Source: Paragordius varius (Eukaryota; Animalia; Nematomorpha). From it: a DNA stretch of 64,000 bases. Below the pieces are notes generated by a model, which worked only from the letters and a program-made list of their open reading frames with translations, had not been told where the DNA came from and searched no databases. Positions 62,301 through 64,000 of the stretch are shown here, one piece after another. Location: the NCBI GenBank assembly GCA_964247055.1, contig OZ176057.1, positions 6,289,327 to 6,353,326 on the forward strand, written 5' to 3'. How positions within the stretch are numbered: position 1 is the stretch's first letter; each line of letters opens with the position of its first letter. A program made the position numbers and the translations under genes.

Positions 62301-63825
62301 GGGTTAGGGTTAGGGTTAGGGTTAGGGTTAGGGTTAGGGTTAGGGTTAGGGTTAGGGTTAGGGTTAGGGTTAGGGTTAGGGTTAGGGTTAGGGTTAGGGT
62401 TAGGGTTAGGGTTAGGGTTAGGGTTAGGGTTAGGGTTAGGGTTAGGGTTAGGGTTAGGGTTAGGGTTAGGGTTAGGGTTAGGGTTAGGGTTAGGGTTAGG
62501 GTTAGGGTTAGGGTTAGGGTTAGGGTTAGGGTTAGGGTTAGGGTTAGGGTTAGGGTTAGGGTTAGGGTTAGGGTTAGGGTTAGGGTTAGGGTTAGGGTTA
62601 GGGTTAGGGTTAGGGTTAGGGTTAGGGTTAGGGTTAGGGTTAGGGTTAGGGTTAGGGTTAGGGTTAGGGTTAGGGTTAGGGTTAGGGTTAGGGTTAGGGT
62701 TAGGGTTAGGGTTAGGGTTAGGGTTAGGGTTAGGGTTAGGGTTAGGGTTAGGGTTAGGGTTAGGGTTAGGGTTAGGGTTAGGGTTAGGGTTAGGGTTAGG
62801 GTTAGGGTTAGGGTTAGGGTTAGGGTTAGGGTTAGGGTTAGGGTTAGGGTTAGGGTTAGGGTTAGGGTTAGGGTTAGGGTTAGGGTTAGGGTTAGGGTTA
62901 GGGTTAGGGTTAGGGTTAGGGTTAGGGTTAGGGTTAGGGTTAGGGTTAGGGTTAGGGTTAGGGTTAGGGTTAGGGTTAGGGTTAGGGTTAGGGTTAGGGT
63001 TAGGGTTAGGGTTAGGGTTAGGGTTAGGGTTAGGGTTAGGGTTAGGGTTAGGGTTAGGGTTAGGGTTAGGGTTAGGGTTAGGGTTAGGGTTAGGGTTAGG
63101 GTTAGGGTTAGGGTTAGGGTTAGGGTTAGGGTTAGGGTTAGGGTTAGGGTTAGGGTTAGGGTTAGGGTTAGGGTTAGGGTTAGGGTTAGGGTTAGGGTTA
63201 GGGTTAGGGTTAGGGTTAGGGTTAGGGTTAGGGTTAGGGTTAGGGTTAGGGTTAGGGTTAGGGTTAGGGTTAGGGTTAGGGTTAGGGTTAGGGTTAGGGT
63301 TAGGGTTAGGGTTAGGGTTAGGGTTAGGGTTAGGGTTAGGGTTAGGGTTAGGGTTAGGGTTAGGGTTAGGGTTAGGGTTAGGGTTAGGGTTAGGGTTAGG
63401 GTTAGGGTTAGGGTTAGGGTTAGGGTTAGGGTTAGGGTTAGGGTTAGGGTTAGGGTTAGGGTTAGGGTTAGGGTTAGGGTTAGGGTTAGGGTTAGGGTTA
63501 GGGTTAGGGTTAGGGTTAGGGTTAGGGTTAGGGTTAGGGTTAGGGTTAGGGTTAGGGTTAGGGTTAGGGTTAGGGTTAGGGTTAGGGTTAGGGTTAGGGT
63601 TAGGGTTAGGGTTAGGGTTAGGGTTAGGGTTAGGGTTAGGGTTAGGGTTAGGGTTAGGGTTAGGGTTAGGGTTAGGGTTAGGGTTAGGGTTAGGGTTAGG
63701 GTTAGGGTTAGGGTTAGGGTTAGGGTTAGGGTTAGGGGTAGGGTTAGGGTTAGGGTTAGGGTTAGGGTTAGGGTTAGGGGGTTAGGGTTAGGGTTAGGGG
63801 TTAGGGGTTAGGGTTGGGGTGAGGG
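59370..63825 (+). repeat. Telomeric (TTAGGG)n array, ~740 units, G-rich strand running towards the window end
   Basis: Essentially perfect TTAGGG from 59370, degenerating (TTAGGGG, TTGGGG, TGAGGG) only over the last ~100 bp. Confidence 0.98.
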
Positions 63826-63831
63826 CACTCG

Positions 63832-64000
63832 TAAAGTTAAAGTTAAAGTTAAAGTTAAAGTTAAAGTTAAAGTTAAAGTTAAAGTTAAAGTTAAAGTTAA
63901 AGTTAAAGTTAAAGTTAAAGTTAAAGTTAAAGTTAAAGTTAAAGTTAAAGTTAAAGTTTAAAGTAAAGTTAAAAGTTAAAGTTAAAGTTAAAGTTAAAGT
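63832..64000 (+). repeat. (TTAAAG)n hexamer array distal to the telomere
   Basis: About 28 units of TTAAAG after a GGGCACTCG junction, running to the window edge. Confidence 0.9.

Noticed and set aside
1-64000. CRISPR arrays, rRNA or tRNA genes, prokaryotic operons or defence systems, telomere-specific retrotransposon ORFs
   Set aside because: No repeat-spacer arrays, structured RNA signatures or RT/transposase ORFs were seen; the window is spliced eukaryotic DNA.

Overview
A very AT-rich, intron-containing eukaryotic chromosome end, almost certainly from an animal. It ends in about 4.45 kb of (TTAGGG)n (59370-63825), followed by an abrupt switch to (TTAAAG)n. I reconstructed three conserved spliced genes by hand: Elongator subunit ELP6 (10098-10859 +), the inner-nuclear-membrane protein MAN1/LEMD3 (11869-18762 -) and geranylgeranyl-transferase-I beta PGGT1B (18821-23804 +). 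The MAN1 and PGGT1B start codons lie head-to-head, only 58 bp apart. The rest is a subtelomeric patchwork of direct and inverted 0.4-4.5 kb segmental duplications. It carries nine STE20/PAK-like kinase C-lobe fragments in tail-to-tail palindromic pairs, a Reeler-domain secreted protein, two paralogous secreted FN3-like genes, two paralogous secreted LRR genes or pseudogenes, and a ~360-codon unknown frame broken only by two TAG codons. Mobile DNA includes a high-copy ~270 bp TA-flanked Tc1/mariner-type MITE, hAT terminal remnants and a Helitron-like element. Several reading frames need 20-22 nt GT-AG introns, which suggests a compact-intron lineage such as a myxozoan, dicyemid or similar parasite (inference only). 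No prokaryotic systems, CRISPR arrays, rRNA or tRNA genes were seen. All comparisons were made by eye, without database searches.
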